Below, piece after piece: positions 50,034-62,394 of a DNA stretch of 64,000 bases. A model generated the notes under the pieces. It ran no database searches, had not been told where the DNA came from, and was given only the letters and a program-made list of their open reading frames with translations. A program made the translations under genes and the position numbers. Position 1 is the stretch's first letter. The number at the start of each line of letters is the position of its first letter. Origin of the DNA: Candidatus Multivorans sp. (GTDB lineage Bacteria; Acidobacteriota; Thermoanaerobaculia; Multivoradales; Multivoraceae); the NCBI GenBank assembly GCA_965222875.1, contig CBDCVC010000002.1:802835-866834 (forward strand), given 5' to 3'.

Positions 50034-52823
50034 CTAGAAGTCCAACGTCAGGCGCAGCGTCAGCCGCCGCGGCAGCAGGAAGTTCAGAGGTACGAGATTG
50101 CCGTTCCGGTAGCCGGCCCTCTGCCACTGGTCCCAGCCATCGTCGTTGAGTACGTTCTGGACCTGCAGGTCGACCCCCAACGCGCGGCCGTTCCCGAGCG
50201 AGAACGAGCGCCCGAGGCCGAGGTCCAGGAAGGTGTTGCCGGGCAGCCGGACGCCGTCCTCGTGCGGGTGCAGAGCGATCTCGGTCAACCCCTGGTTCAA
50301 GCGCACGCGCGTATGGACCGTATACGGCCGGCCGTCCTGGACCCTGAGCACTCCGACCGCCCTCAGATTCCAGGGCAGCTCGACATGCCCCTGGGCCAGG
50401 AACATCAGCTTCCGATCCGCCTGGTAGAGCCCGTCCCCGTTCAGATGATGATTCGGATCGGTGCCCTCCTGGTTGCTGAAGAAGGGCTGACCCTGGATCT
50501 GGTTCAGAGGGCGCGTGTTTCGTCCCGTCGACTTCGAGTAGCCGAGAGAAGTGTTCAGCCCCCAGCGCCCGACCTGGCGTTTCCTGAGGGTCAGGAAGAA
50601 ACCCTCGTAGTCCTGGTAGTACTTCGCATCGGGCGGCGCGTTCGCCCCGGGACCCGGGCTGTTGCCCTTCCGGCGCGTCGGCTCCTCGATGATGCTGAAC
50701 AGAGTCATGGTCTCGCCCGTTTCCGGGTTGACGAAGGGCACATTCTCGTAGACGCCGTCATCCAGGATGTGCCAGCCGATCAGGTTCGTGCCTTCCTTGA
50801 TGACCACCTCGGCACCGATTGTGAGGGTGTCGCTGAGCTGCTGCTCGTAGCCCACGGCGTACTGGTCGAACTCGGGGGGCTTCATGTTCGGGTCCGGCGG
50901 ATCGAGGTTCTCGTCCGTGACCGTTCGGAAGTAGGTGAAGGGGCCGTACCGATTGGCGCTGAAGCCGAACTTCGCCTCCGGCCGGTTGGGATGGGGCCCG
51001 TTCCACATTGCCGTGTTGTTGCTCTCGAAGTACTTGCCGTAGGACACCCGCAGTACGCCCTGCTTCGAGCCCTCGCCGACCTGGTAGGCCAGCCCGACGC
51101 GCGGAGAGATGGTCTCCCAGTCCACGACGTCCCTGTAGGCGGGATGCACGTTCCCGGTCTTGACGCCCTGGTTCTCGCCGCCGAAGTGCTGCAAGAGCTC
51201 AGGGAAGGGCGGGATGTCGCCGTTGTCCTGGTCGTAGCGGACGCCCAGGTTCAGAGTCAGCCTGTCGCCCACGCTCCACGAGTCGTCCGCGAAGATCCCC
51301 AGCCCGGTCGCGTCGCTGCCGTAGTAGTGGGGTCGGCGAGCGTAGATGAAGTAGTACGGCGCACCGTAGAAGTTGTACAGGTAGTAGTACTTGCCGCTGG
51401 CGCCGGGATAGATCGCGGCGGTCTGGATCGAAGCGTCGGTGAACTGGACGCCGAATTTGAACTCGTGGCTGCCGCCGAGGTCGTCCGCGAAGTGCGTCAA
51501 CTTCGCGCTCGCCCTGGTCATTTCCGGCGGGTAGTCGTACGGATATTTCACCCCGCCGACCGTGGTCGGCACCGGTGCCGTGTAGTCGATGACCGGCGCG
51601 GCGATGCTTCCGGTCACCGAGGCGACGCGGTCGTAGTTCTCAAACGCGCCGACGCTGACCTCGAAGAAGGTCCTGTCCGTGACCACGGACTGCCAGCCCA
51701 GCTTCCATCCCGGCTTGATTCCGAACTCGTGCGATGTCGCGTCCTCGTCCGTGAAGGGATCCGCGGTCTGCTGCCAGTCGTAGTCCTCGTACTGGCCGCT
51801 GAACGTCAGGGTATTCGACTCAGTGAGCGACCAGTCGAGCTTGAGGTTGTAGCGCTCCCACTTGTCCGGCCGGATCAACTCGCGTACCTGACCGGGCTCC
51901 CCCAACGCGTCCTCCTTGTACTCCAGCGACACGTAGTACCACAACTTGTCCCGCTCGAAGGGGCCGCCGAGCGCCAGGGTGTAGTTCTGGAAGCTGTCTC
52001 GATAGAAACCGGTCTCCTCGCCACCCAGCCCTGCCGCCTTGGGACCCTCGGCGGTCGTGCCCGCGTACTGACCGAAGTAGTTCAGACGACCGCTCAGGTC
52101 GTTGGTCCCGGACTTCGTGACCACATTGATGGCCGCGCCCGACATGCCTCCGTACTCGGCCGGCGCGCCCACTCCCAGCACCTGAATCTCGGCGATCGTG
52201 TCGGGGTTGATCCACCACCACACGTTGCTGTTCTCGTGAAGAGAGGCATTGAGACCGTCGACGTTCCAGGAGTTCGCGGCCATGCCGCCGCCGTAGGCCG
52301 AGTAGCGGTACTCCGCGTAGGTTTGGTCGCGGCCCATGTTGCTCATGCCCTTGGCGAATCCCGCGTAGTCCTGGAAGTTGCGGTTCGTGGGCAGGGGGTC
52401 GATGAACTCCTCCGGCAGGTTCGTGCTGATGACATTGCTCGTCACGTCGACGATCGGCCTCTCCGAGGTCACCGTGATCGTCTCTTCGGCCGCGACGAGG
52501 CGGAGCACCAGATTCACCGTACTGGTCGCCGAGATCGAGATGCGCACGTCCTCGACCGTTTCGTCCGCGAACCCTTCGAGCGTTCCCGTTACGGTGACAG
52601 TGCCCGGCGGCAGCGCCGTCACCAGGTACTCCCCGGTGGCCCCGGTGGTCGTCGCGCGCTCACCACGCACGATGTCCCCTGTCACCTCCACCAGGACTCC
52701 CGGCAGCGCGTCGCCGTTCGCGTCGCGAACCTCTCCGCGCACCGTTCCGACGTTCTGGGCCAGGGCCGGCGTCGCCGCCAGCAAGAGAAACGAGACTGCA
52801 ACCAGGAATCGAACCTTGGACAT
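50034..52823 (-). CDS. TonB-dependent receptor with N-terminal carboxypeptidase-regulatory-like domain
   Basis: The start is taken at MSKVRFLVAVSFLLLAATPALAQN (SD GGAGGG), not at the longer ORF-track start. N-terminal CarbopepD_reg-like segment VRGEVRDANGDALPGVLVEV. The C-terminal residue is F. Confidence 0.75.
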   Translation of the reverse strand: MSKVRFLVAVSFLLLAATPALAQNVGTVRGEVRDANGDALPGVLVEVTGDIVRGERATTTGATGEYLVTALPPGTVTVTGTLEGFADETVEDVRISISATSTVNLVLRLVAAEETITVTSERPIVDVTSNVISTNLPEEFIDPLPTNRNFQDYAGFAKGMSNMGRDQTYAEYRYSAYGGGMAANSWNVDGLNASLHENSNVWWWINPDTIAEIQVLGVGAPAEYGGMSGAAINVVTKSGTNDLSGRLNYFGQYAGTTAEGPKAAGLGGEETGFYRDSFQNYTLALGGPFERDKLWYYVSLEYKEDALGEPGQVRELIRPDKWERYNLKLDWSLTESNTLTFSGQYEDYDWQQTADPFTDEDATSHEFGIKPGWKLGWQSVVTDRTFFEVSVGAFENYDRVASVTGSIAAPVIDYTAPVPTTVGGVKYPYDYPPEMTRASAKLTHFADDLGGSHEFKFGVQFTDASIQTAAIYPGASGKYYYLYNFYGAPYYFIYARRPHYYGSDATGLGIFADDSWSVGDRLTLNLGVRYDQDNGDIPPFPELLQHFGGENQGVKTGNVHPAYRDVVDWETISPRVGLAYQVGEGSKQGVLRVSYGKYFESNNTAMWNGPHPNRPEAKFGFSANRYGPFTYFRTVTDENLDPPDPNMKPPEFDQYAVGYEQQLSDTLTIGAEVVIKEGTNLIGWHILDDGVYENVPFVNPETGETMTLFSIIEEPTRRKGNSPGPGANAPPDAKYYQDYEGFFLTLRKRQVGRWGLNTSLGYSKSTGRNTRPLNQIQGQPFFSNQEGTDPNHHLNGDGLYQADRKLMFLAQGHVELPWNLRAVGVLRVQDGRPYTVHTRVRLNQGLTEIALHPHEDGVRLPGNTFLDLGLGRSFSLGNGRALGVDLQVQNVLNDDGWDQWQRAGYRNGNLVPLNFLLPRRLTLRLTLDF

Positions 52824-53009
52824 ACCAACCCTCCGATGTTGTCTAGAGCATTGCAAACTATATACTCTCTGAGCGCGAAGGACCGAGAGAAAATGGGATT
52901 TTGTTAGAAAAGCTTTGCGCGTAGCGCCCGACGAACCACAACCATCGAGAAACCGGCTCCCCTTGACAAGGAGACTGGCCGACGATTCCGAAAGAGGGAG
53001 ATTCCTGGA

Positions 53010-54389
53010 ATGAGCGAGACGAGCAGACCCAGGACAAGCAATCGCCGCGACTGCATCAAGACCATGGCGGCCGCCGGCGGCGCCGCGGCTCTGGCGAGCT
53101 GCACACCAGGCACAGAAGGTGCACTGGGAGCCTCTGACGATCAGGGATCGGCAGACGTGGAAGCGCGACACTTCCCGGAGGGGTACCCGCCCTATCCGTC
53201 GGCCGAGGCCACCGAGACCGCCTTCGCGGAGCACGTGTCCCCGGGGAACGTGGGGGTCATGAGAGCGTTCGGCACCGAGCTTCACTTCGGCCAGCGCGAG
53301 GGCGCGCGCGTCCAGGACGCCTTCACCGGGAAGTGGTACTGGGATTGCCACCGCAACGGCACGCTCTACAACCTCGGCCACCGCAACCCGGACATCATCG
53401 CGGCGGTCAAGGAGGCACTGCACCAGCTCGAGATCGGCAACCTGCTGCTGGTTTCCGGTTACAAGGCGAAGGCGGCCGAAAAGCTGATTGTCAGCACCGA
53501 TGGCGCACTGACCGGGGTCACCTACACGGCCAGCGGCGCCGAGTCCACCGAGGTCGCGATCCGCGCCACTCGAGGCATGACCCGGCGTACGAAGCTCGTT
53601 TCGATCGAGGCTTCCTACCATGGCCACACCTGCTTCGCGATGGCCGCCGGCGACAGCGCCGACAACCACGAGCGCTATCTGCTCGACTTCGACGATTTCG
53701 TCTTCGTGCCGTACAACGATGTCGACGCCATGGCAGCGGCAGTCGATGACGCGACCGCGGCCGTAATGATCGAGTCCTCACCGGCGCAGGCGGGTTTCCC
53801 GGTGCCCGACCCCGGCTACTTCCAGGCCGTCATGGACATCTGCCGGAAGCACGGCGCCAAGCTGATTGTCGACGAGGTGCAAACGGGCCTCGGCGCGACC
53901 GGAAAGTTCTGGTTCTGGCAACACCACGGGATCGTCCCGGACATCATGACGACGGCGAAGGGTCTCGGCGGCGGCATCCTCGCCAACGCGGCCGTACTGC
54001 TCGCCCCCGAGGTCAAGGAGTGGTTCTTCGACACGGCGATACCCCACTCCTCGACTTTCGGCGGCAACGAACTGGGCTGCGTGGCGACCGCCAAGGTCTG
54101 CGATCTGACCATGGCGCCAGCCTTCCTGGAACATGTGAACGCGCTCTCCGAGCAGTTCGCCGAGGGTCTGCGCGGCGGTCCCTACCAAGTAAACCAGCAC
54201 GGACTGTGCATGGGCATCCTCTCCCAGGAAATGGGCAAGATGGAGATGACGGCTAGGCTGTTCGAGGCCGGAATCTTCACCGTGCCCGCCTGGTACACGG
54301 ACGGCGGAGTGGAGTTCCGGCCCATCCTGACGCTCACCGAGAACGAGGCGGACGAGATCATCGGCATCTTCCGGGATACCGTCGGATAA
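53010..54389 (+). CDS. Class-III (ornithine/acetylornithine/GABA-type) PLP aminotransferase with a Tat signal and lipobox
   Basis: Twin-arginine motif SNRRDCIKT, then a hydrophobic stretch and LASC. The mature part has the AT-III fold-type I pattern (SGAESTEVAIR, DEVQTGLGATG, the TTAKGLGGG lysine region). Confidence 0.75.
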   Translation: MSETSRPRTSNRRDCIKTMAAAGGAAALASCTPGTEGALGASDDQGSADVEARHFPEGYPPYPSAEATETAFAEHVSPGNVGVMRAFGTELHFGQREGARVQDAFTGKWYWDCHRNGTLYNLGHRNPDIIAAVKEALHQLEIGNLLLVSGYKAKAAEKLIVSTDGALTGVTYTASGAESTEVAIRATRGMTRRTKLVSIEASYHGHTCFAMAAGDSADNHERYLLDFDDFVFVPYNDVDAMAAAVDDATAAVMIESSPAQAGFPVPDPGYFQAVMDICRKHGAKLIVDEVQTGLGATGKFWFWQHHGIVPDIMTTAKGLGGGILANAAVLLAPEVKEWFFDTAIPHSSTFGGNELGCVATAKVCDLTMAPAFLEHVNALSEQFAEGLRGGPYQVNQHGLCMGILSQEMGKMEMTARLFEAGIFTVPAWYTDGGVEFRPILTLTENEADEIIGIFRDTVG

Positions 54390-54423
54390 GCGCCGCCTCG
54401 ACGGCGCCAGGCCCGCGGCCCAC

Positions 54424-54687
54424 TTGACAGCCGCTCCATTCCTCCCCTACGCTCCCCGGCACGCTTTGCCGCACGGCAGCAAACCCATACCCAGCAGGAC
54501 ACTCGAACCAGCCATGACGCGCTTGGCACCAGGATGGCCTCGACGAAGTGCGCGGACGCCTCTTCGCGGCGCCCGGCCCGTCGTCGTCGCCCGCGTCCTG
54601 TCGCGGCCGATCGTGGACTTCGCCGGTGCAGCCGGCCTCCTGCTACTGGTTCTGATTCTGGTTCTTGCCGTCCAGGGGGCTAACTAG
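54424..54687 (+). CDS. Small hypothetical protein with a C-terminal transmembrane segment (low confidence)
   Basis: The C-terminus is FAGAAGLLLLVLILVLAVQGAN. It is followed directly by an intrinsic terminator. Confidence 0.3.
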   Translation: MTAAPFLPYAPRHALPHGSKPIPSRTLEPAMTRLAPGWPRRSARTPLRGARPVVVARVLSRPIVDFAGAAGLLLLVLILVLAVQGAN

Positions 54688-54716
54688 GCGCACCAACCGG
54701 AACCTGACCGACCTAG

Positions 54717-54747
54717 AGCCCCCAGCACCGCCTGGGGGCTTTTTTGG
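54717..54747 (+). terminator. Rho-independent terminator
   Basis: AGCCCCCAG-CACCGC-CTGGGGGCT followed by TTTTTT. Confidence 0.75.
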
Positions 54748-54787
54748 TTCGGCGCCCCGGAATCCACCATGAAACACCAAACGGCTA

Positions 54788-54834
54788 TTGAACCACCCGT
54801 AGGACTTGTTGAACCACCCACATGACTATTGAAC
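54788..54834 (+). promoter_or_regulatory. Three phased direct repeats TTGAACCACCC / TTGAACCACCC / TTGAAC (spacing 21 and 20 bp) covering the ilvE start
   Basis: Copies at 54788-54798, 54809-54819 and 54829-54834. There is no SD in front of the ilvE ATG at 54822. Confidence 0.45.
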
Positions 54835-55778
54835 GATCTGAGTGGATCTGGCTCGAGGGCCAGTGGACGCCCTGGGCCGAGGCGAACGTCCACATCACGA
54901 CCCACGGCCTCCACTACGGCTCGTCGGTCTTCGAGGGCATCCGCGCCTACGACACCGGCGAAACGACCAGTATCTTCCGGCTCGGCGCCCACATCCGGCG
55001 CCTGTTCGACAGTTGCCGGATCATGCGCATGGATCCGGGCTACGTCCAGGACCAGATCGAGGAGTTGTGCATCGAGGCGGTGGCCCGCAACCGCCTGGAG
55101 TCCTGCTACATCCGGCCGCTGATCTACCGCGGCGCCGAGAGCCTGGGACTCAACCCCACGGACTGCGAGGTGAAGCTCGCGATCTTCGCGGTCCGCTGGG
55201 GGCGCTACCTCGGCGAGGAGGCGATCGAACAGGGCGTCGACGCCGCGGTCTCCTCCTGGCGGCGCTTCAACTCCAACACCGGCGCCCCCCTGGGAAAGAT
55301 CAGCGGGCAGTACGTGACGAACCAGTTCGTCTCAGTGGAGGCGCGCCAGAACGGCTACGCCGAGGGCATCATGCTCGACGAGCGCGGCCTGGTCTGCGAG
55401 GGCCCCGGCGAGAACCTGTTCCTGATCAAGGACGGCGTGATCTACACACCGCCGAGCCACAACTCGATTCTGAACGGCATCACCCGCGATTCGGTGATCA
55501 CGATTGCCCAGGATCTGAAGTTCGACGTACGCTTCGAGCCGATCAGCCGCGAGGAACTGTACCTGGCCGACGAACTGTTCATGACCGGCACCGCGGCTGA
55601 AGTCAGCCCGGTGCGCTCCGTGGACCAGATTCCGATCGGTAACGGCAGCCGCGGCCCGATCACGCACCGCCTGCAGGAGGAGTTCTTCGGCCTGGTGGAA
55701 GGCCGGCTCCCCGACCGCCACAACTGGCTCACTCCGGTATCCCGATTGGCTGCGGCGGCACAGCCGGCGGCGGGCTGA
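54822..55778 (+). CDS. ilvE: Branched-chain amino acid aminotransferase (class IV)
   Basis: LHYGSSVFEGIRAY and the ExGxxNlF motif (CEGPGENLFLI); 318 aa. Confidence 0.9.
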   Translation: MTIERSEWIWLEGQWTPWAEANVHITTHGLHYGSSVFEGIRAYDTGETTSIFRLGAHIRRLFDSCRIMRMDPGYVQDQIEELCIEAVARNRLESCYIRPLIYRGAESLGLNPTDCEVKLAIFAVRWGRYLGEEAIEQGVDAAVSSWRRFNSNTGAPLGKISGQYVTNQFVSVEARQNGYAEGIMLDERGLVCEGPGENLFLIKDGVIYTPPSHNSILNGITRDSVITIAQDLKFDVRFEPISREELYLADELFMTGTAAEVSPVRSVDQIPIGNGSRGPITHRLQEEFFGLVEGRLPDRHNWLTPVSRLAAAAQPAAG

Positions 55779-55792
55779 GCGAGGAGGTCAAG

Positions 55793-57703
55793 ATGGCCGA
55801 AGAAACGACCGCAACGGACAGCGAACACACCGAGACGGGCATGGGCACGGACGCAGTCGTCCTGACCGGCGCCGAGATCGTCTGCGAGTGCCTGCTCCGC
55901 GAGGGGATCGACATCGTCTTCGGCTATCCGGGCGGGGCCATCCTGCCCACGTACGACGCGCTGACCAGGTACCCGCAGCTCCACCACGTTCTGGTCCGTC
56001 ACGAGCAGGGCGCGTCCCACATGGCGGACGGCTACGCGCGCGCCACCGGCAAGGTCGGCGTAGCGATGGCGACCAGCGGCCCCGGCGCCACCAACCTGGT
56101 CACCGGCATTGCCACCGCGTTGATGGATTCCTCCCCGATCGTCTGCATCACCGGCCAGGTACCGACCGGCGCCATTGGAACGGACGCGTTCCAGGAAACG
56201 GACGTCACCGGCATCACGATTCCGATCACGAAGCACAACTACCTGGTCACGAGCGTCGACGAACTGGCCGACGTGATGCGCGAGGCGTTCCACATCGCCC
56301 GCACCGGCCGTCCCGGCCCGGTCCTGGTCGACATCCCGAAGGACGTGCAGACTCAGACGACCGAGTTCGTCTACTCCGAGGAACCCATCACCCTGCCCGG
56401 TTACCGGCCGCCGCTCAAGGGCCGTGCCGACCAGATCGACCGAGCCCTGAAGCTCATCCGCGAGTCGAAGCGGCCGCTGATCCTGGCCGGACACGGGATC
56501 TCCATGGCGGGCGCCAACCGCGAACTCGCCGAACTCTGCGAGCGCGCGCAAATCCCGGTCGCCCTGACCCTGCTCGGCAAGGGCGCCATCTCGGAACACC
56601 ATCCGCTGTGCCTGGGGATGATGGGCATGCACGGCGGCGCGGAGGTCAACCACGCGATCCAGGAGGCCGACCTGCTGATCGCCCTCGGCATGCGGTTCGA
56701 CGACCGGGTGACCGGCAACCTGGCGACCTACGCCCAGAAGTCGCGCAAGATCCACGTCGACATCGATCCCTCGGAGATCAACAAGAACGTCAGAGTCGAC
56801 GTAGGCGTCGTCGGCGACCTCGGCGAGGTGTTGCGGCAACTGCTGGAACGGGCCGAGCGCCCCTGGGACGAGGCCTGGCTCGACCGGATCGCCGAGTGGC
56901 GGGCGGACTCCGAGCAGCGGGAAATCGTGAGGCCGGCGAGCGAACCCCAGCACCCCGCGGTCCCCGATGGCAAGCTGCTCGGCGCCCAGGTCATCCGGGA
57001 TCTGTTCGAGTTCACTGATGGCAACGCCGTGACCGTCACCGATGTCGGCCAGCACCAGATGCTGGAGGCGCAGTACTACCAGCACGAGCGGCCGCACAGC
57101 CTGATCACCAGCGGCGGCCTGGGCACGATGGGCTTCGGGCTGCCGGCGGCGATCGGCGCCAAGATGGCCCTCCCCGACCAGGAAGTCTGGGCGATCATCG
57201 GCGACGGCGGTTTCCAGATGACGATGATGGAACTCGCCACCGCCGTCCAGGAACAGGCGAACGTTCACATCGCCATCATCAACAACGGCTTTCTCGGCAT
57301 GGTCCGCCAGTGGCAGGAGTTCTTCTACGACGAGCGGTACAGCCAGACACCCATGGTCAACCCCGACTTCTGCAAGCTGGCGGCCGCCTATGACATCCCC
57401 GCGATCCGGGTCACTGAACGCGGCAAGATCGAGGAAGCGGTCAGCGCATCGCGGGCACACACAGGCGGTCCCACCCTGATCGAGTTTGTCGTCGAGAAGG
57501 AAGAGATCGTCTACCCCATGGTGCCGACCGGCGCCGACCTCGACGACATGATCCGCCGCCCGACGCCGGAGGAGTTCCAGCGCAAGCGCCGCGAGCAAGC
57601 GGCGGTATTCGAGACGCCCGAGCGCGAGACGCCCGGGCCAGAGGCGCCTGAGCCCGAGGCGCCGGCAGCCGCGGCGGCCATTGGAACACGGTTCGGAGCC
57701 TGA
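55793..57703 (+). CDS. ilvB: Acetolactate synthase large subunit
   Basis: SD GAGGAGG; ThDP motif GDGGFQM...N, and the FAD-binding region. Confidence 0.9.
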   Translation: MAEETTATDSEHTETGMGTDAVVLTGAEIVCECLLREGIDIVFGYPGGAILPTYDALTRYPQLHHVLVRHEQGASHMADGYARATGKVGVAMATSGPGATNLVTGIATALMDSSPIVCITGQVPTGAIGTDAFQETDVTGITIPITKHNYLVTSVDELADVMREAFHIARTGRPGPVLVDIPKDVQTQTTEFVYSEEPITLPGYRPPLKGRADQIDRALKLIRESKRPLILAGHGISMAGANRELAELCERAQIPVALTLLGKGAISEHHPLCLGMMGMHGGAEVNHAIQEADLLIALGMRFDDRVTGNLATYAQKSRKIHVDIDPSEINKNVRVDVGVVGDLGEVLRQLLERAERPWDEAWLDRIAEWRADSEQREIVRPASEPQHPAVPDGKLLGAQVIRDLFEFTDGNAVTVTDVGQHQMLEAQYYQHERPHSLITSGGLGTMGFGLPAAIGAKMALPDQEVWAIIGDGGFQMTMMELATAVQEQANVHIAIINNGFLGMVRQWQEFFYDERYSQTPMVNPDFCKLAAAYDIPAIRVTERGKIEEAVSASRAHTGGPTLIEFVVEKEEIVYPMVPTGADLDDMIRRPTPEEFQRKRREQAAVFETPERETPGPEAPEPEAPAAAAAIGTRFGA

Positions 57704-57732
57704 GGGCGCGCGGGTTCTGAGGGCACTGCGAT

Positions 57733-58278
57733 ATGGCAAAACACATCCTGGCCGCTCTGGTCGAGAACCGTCCGGGCGTCCTGGCCCGTGTGGCGAACCT
57801 CTTCCGGCGGCGCAGCTTCAACATCGACAGCCTGTCCGTCGGACGCACCCAGCGTGACCACGTCTCGCGGATGACGATCGTCATGGAGTCGGACGCCGGG
57901 GAGGCGGACCGCCTGGTGAAGAACCTCTACAAGCTGGTCGACGTCGTCCACGTCGATCACCTCCACGGCCAGCCCGCCGTCGCCCGTGACATGGCCCTGG
58001 TCAAAGTCAAGGCCGACTCCTCGAACCGGCGGGAGGTCATCCAGATCTGCGACATCTTCCGCGCCCGGATCATCGACGTCGGCGCGGAATCCCTGGTCGT
58101 CGAGATCACTGGCGAAGAGGAGAAGATCGAGCACTTCACCGAACTCGTCCGTCCGTTCGGCATTGTCGAGATGGTTCGCACCGGCGTCATCGCCATGGGC
58201 CGCGGCAGCCACACGCTGAAGGACGCGGGCTTCAAGCCGAACCGCGGCGGATCCAGGGCCAGGCGAAGCGTGCTCTAG
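57733..58278 (+). CDS. ilvN: Acetolactate synthase small (regulatory) subunit
   Basis: ACT-domain start [34 protein letters not shown]. Confidence 0.9.
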   Translation: MAKHILAALVENRPGVLARVANLFRRRSFNIDSLSVGRTQRDHVSRMTIVMESDAGEADRLVKNLYKLVDVVHVDHLHGQPAVARDMALVKVKADSSNRREVIQICDIFRARIIDVGAESLVVEITGEEEKIEHFTELVRPFGIVEMVRTGVIAMGRGSHTLKDAGFKPNRGGSRARRSVL

Positions 58279-58343
58279 AACCGCGCCAGGAACCACACTA
58301 CCGACGCTTCCGCTCAGATCACACAGACGAGGAACCTATCCAG

Positions 58344-59345
58344 ATGGCAAAGCTCTACTACGACGACGACGCGGATCTCTCCCGGCTCGAGGGCCGCACC
58401 GTCGCGGTCATCGGCTACGGCAGCCAGGGCCACGCCCATGCCCTGAACCTGCGCGACAGCGGGGTCGAAGTCGTTGTCGGCCTCCGGGAGGGGAGCAGGA
58501 GCCAGACGAAGGCCGAGGCCGACCGTCTCGAGGTGCTGAGCAACGCGGAAGCCGTGGCCCGGAGTCGGATGATCATGATCCTGGCCCCCGACACCGTCCA
58601 GGCGGAGCTGTACGAACAGGACGTCGCGCCGAACCTCGAACCCGGCGACACCCTGATGTTCGCGCACGGTTTCAACGTCCGCTACGGCGAAATCGAGGCG
58701 CCTCAGAACGTCGACGTGTCCCTGGTGGCGCCGAAGGCGCCCGGACACCGGGTGCGCGAGGTGTTCACCGAGGGCGCCGGTACGCCCGGTCTCGTTGCCG
58801 TGGCGAACGACGCCACAGGAAGCGCTCTGGCGGACGCCCTGGCCTACGCCAAGGGGATCGGCTGCACGCGCGCCGGCGTCATCGAAACCACCTTCGCCGA
58901 AGAGACCGAAACCGACCTCTTCGGCGAGCAGATCGTGCTCTGCGGCGGCGCCTCGGCCCTGGTGCGCGCCGGCTTCGAGAAGCTGGTGGCGGCCGGCTAC
59001 CAGCCCGAGGTCGCCTACTTCGAGTGCCTGCACGAACTGAAGCTGATCGTCGACCTGATGTACGAAGGCGGACTCGGCTACATGTGGTACAGCGTCTCCG
59101 ACACCGCCGAGCACGGCGGCTACCACGCCGGCGACCAACTGATCACGAAGGACGTGCGCGCGGTGATGGACAAGGTGCTGAGCGACATCCAGGACGGCAC
59201 CTACGCGCGCGACTGGATCGCGGAGAACCGGAACGGCCGTCCCCGCTTCGATCCCCGCCGGGAGACGGAGAGAACGCATCCGATCGAGGAGGTCGGCCGG
59301 GAACTGCGTCGAATGATGCCGTTCCTGGACGCGAAGGAGGTGTAG
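58344..59345 (+). CDS. ilvC: Ketol-acid reductoisomerase
   Basis: [17 protein letters not shown] Rossmann motif and the KARI C-terminal domain. Confidence 0.9.
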   Translation: MAKLYYDDDADLSRLEGRTVAVIGYGSQGHAHALNLRDSGVEVVVGLREGSRSQTKAEADRLEVLSNAEAVARSRMIMILAPDTVQAELYEQDVAPNLEPGDTLMFAHGFNVRYGEIEAPQNVDVSLVAPKAPGHRVREVFTEGAGTPGLVAVANDATGSALADALAYAKGIGCTRAGVIETTFAEETETDLFGEQIVLCGGASALVRAGFEKLVAAGYQPEVAYFECLHELKLIVDLMYEGGLGYMWYSVSDTAEHGGYHAGDQLITKDVRAVMDKVLSDIQDGTYARDWIAENRNGRPRFDPRRETERTHPIEEVGRELRRMMPFLDAKEV

Positions 59346-59347
59346 CG

Positions 59348-60972
<1,625 letters not shown>

Positions 60973-60976
<4 letters not shown>

Positions 60977-62394
60977 CCCCAAATCAGACTTTGTTCGAGA
61001 AGATCTGGCGGCGCCACCTGGTCACCGCCGAGGCCGAAGGCCTGCCGGCGACCCTCTTCGTCGACCTGCACCTGGTTCACGAAGTGACCTCGCCCCAGGC
61101 GTTCACCGATCTGGCCGAGCGGGGTCTGAGCGTGCGGCGACCCGATCTCACCCTGGCGACGATGGACCACTCGACGCCCACCGACCCGACGATCGACGGC
61201 GCGAGGCTGCGTGTACTGGACCCGGAGGGGTTCGCACAGCTCGACCAACTGCAGGCGAACTGCGAACGTCACGGCATTCCGCTGTACGCCATGGGCGACG
61301 AGCGGCGCGGCATCGTGCACGTGATCGGACCAGAGCTCGGCGCCACCCAGCCAGGGATGACGGTCGTCTGCGGCGACAGCCACACCAGCACCCACGGCGC
61401 GGTCGGCGCGCTTGCCTTCGGCATCGGAACCAGCGAAGTCGGCCACGTCCTGGCCACGCAGTGTCTGTTGCAGCATCGCCCGAAGACCTACGAGGTCCGC
61501 GTCGACGGCCGCCTGCGGGAAGGCGTGGTCGCCAAGGACATCATTCTGGCCGTGATCGCCAAGCTCGGGATCGGCGGCGGCACGGGTCACATCTTCGAGT
61601 ACACGGGAACGGCGATCCGCGCGCTCGACATGGAAGGCCGCATGACGGTCTGCAACATGTCGATCGAGGGCGGCGCCCGCGCCGGTCTGATCGCGCCCGA
61701 CGACGTGACCTTCGACTACCTCCAGGGCCGGCCGATGGCGCCGTCGGGCGACGCCTGGGAGGCGGCGCTCGAGGACTGGCGGTCCCTGCCCACCGACGAG
61801 GGGGCGGTCTACGACCGGACGACGGCCCTTGACGGCTCGTTGCTCGAACCGATGGTCACCTACGGCACCAACCCCGGCATGGCGATCCCGATCTCCGGCG
61901 CGATTCCTGAAGATGCAGCGGTCCAACCCGCGAAGCGGGCCTCCTTCCGCAAGGCGCTCGACTACATGGCGCTCGAACCGGGCCAGCAGCTTCAGGGCAA
62001 GCCGATCGACGTCGTCTTCGTCGGCAGTTGCACGAACTCACGCTACAGCGATCTTGCGGCCGCCGCGAGCGTCCTGCGCGGGCGAAAGGTGGCCGAGGGC
62101 CTGCGGGTGCTGGTCGTGCCCGGATCGGACGCGGTCAAGCGGCAGGCGGAGAGAGACGGTCTCGCCCAGGTGTTCGTCGACGCCGGGGCCGAATGGCGCG
62201 AGGCGGGATGCTCCATGTGCCTGGCGATGAACGGCGATCAACTGGCGCCGGGCCAGTACGCGGTCAGCACGTCCAACCGCAACTTCGAGGGCCGGCAGGG
62301 CGCCGGCGGACGCACCTTCCTGGCCAGTCCCCTCACCGCCGCGGCATCGGCGATCACCGGCAGAGTCACCGACGCGCGCGAGGTCCTGTCATGA
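60973..62394 (+). CDS. leuC: 3-isopropylmalate dehydratase large subunit
   Basis: Aconitase-family Cys ligands ([15 protein letters not shown]). Confidence 0.9.
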
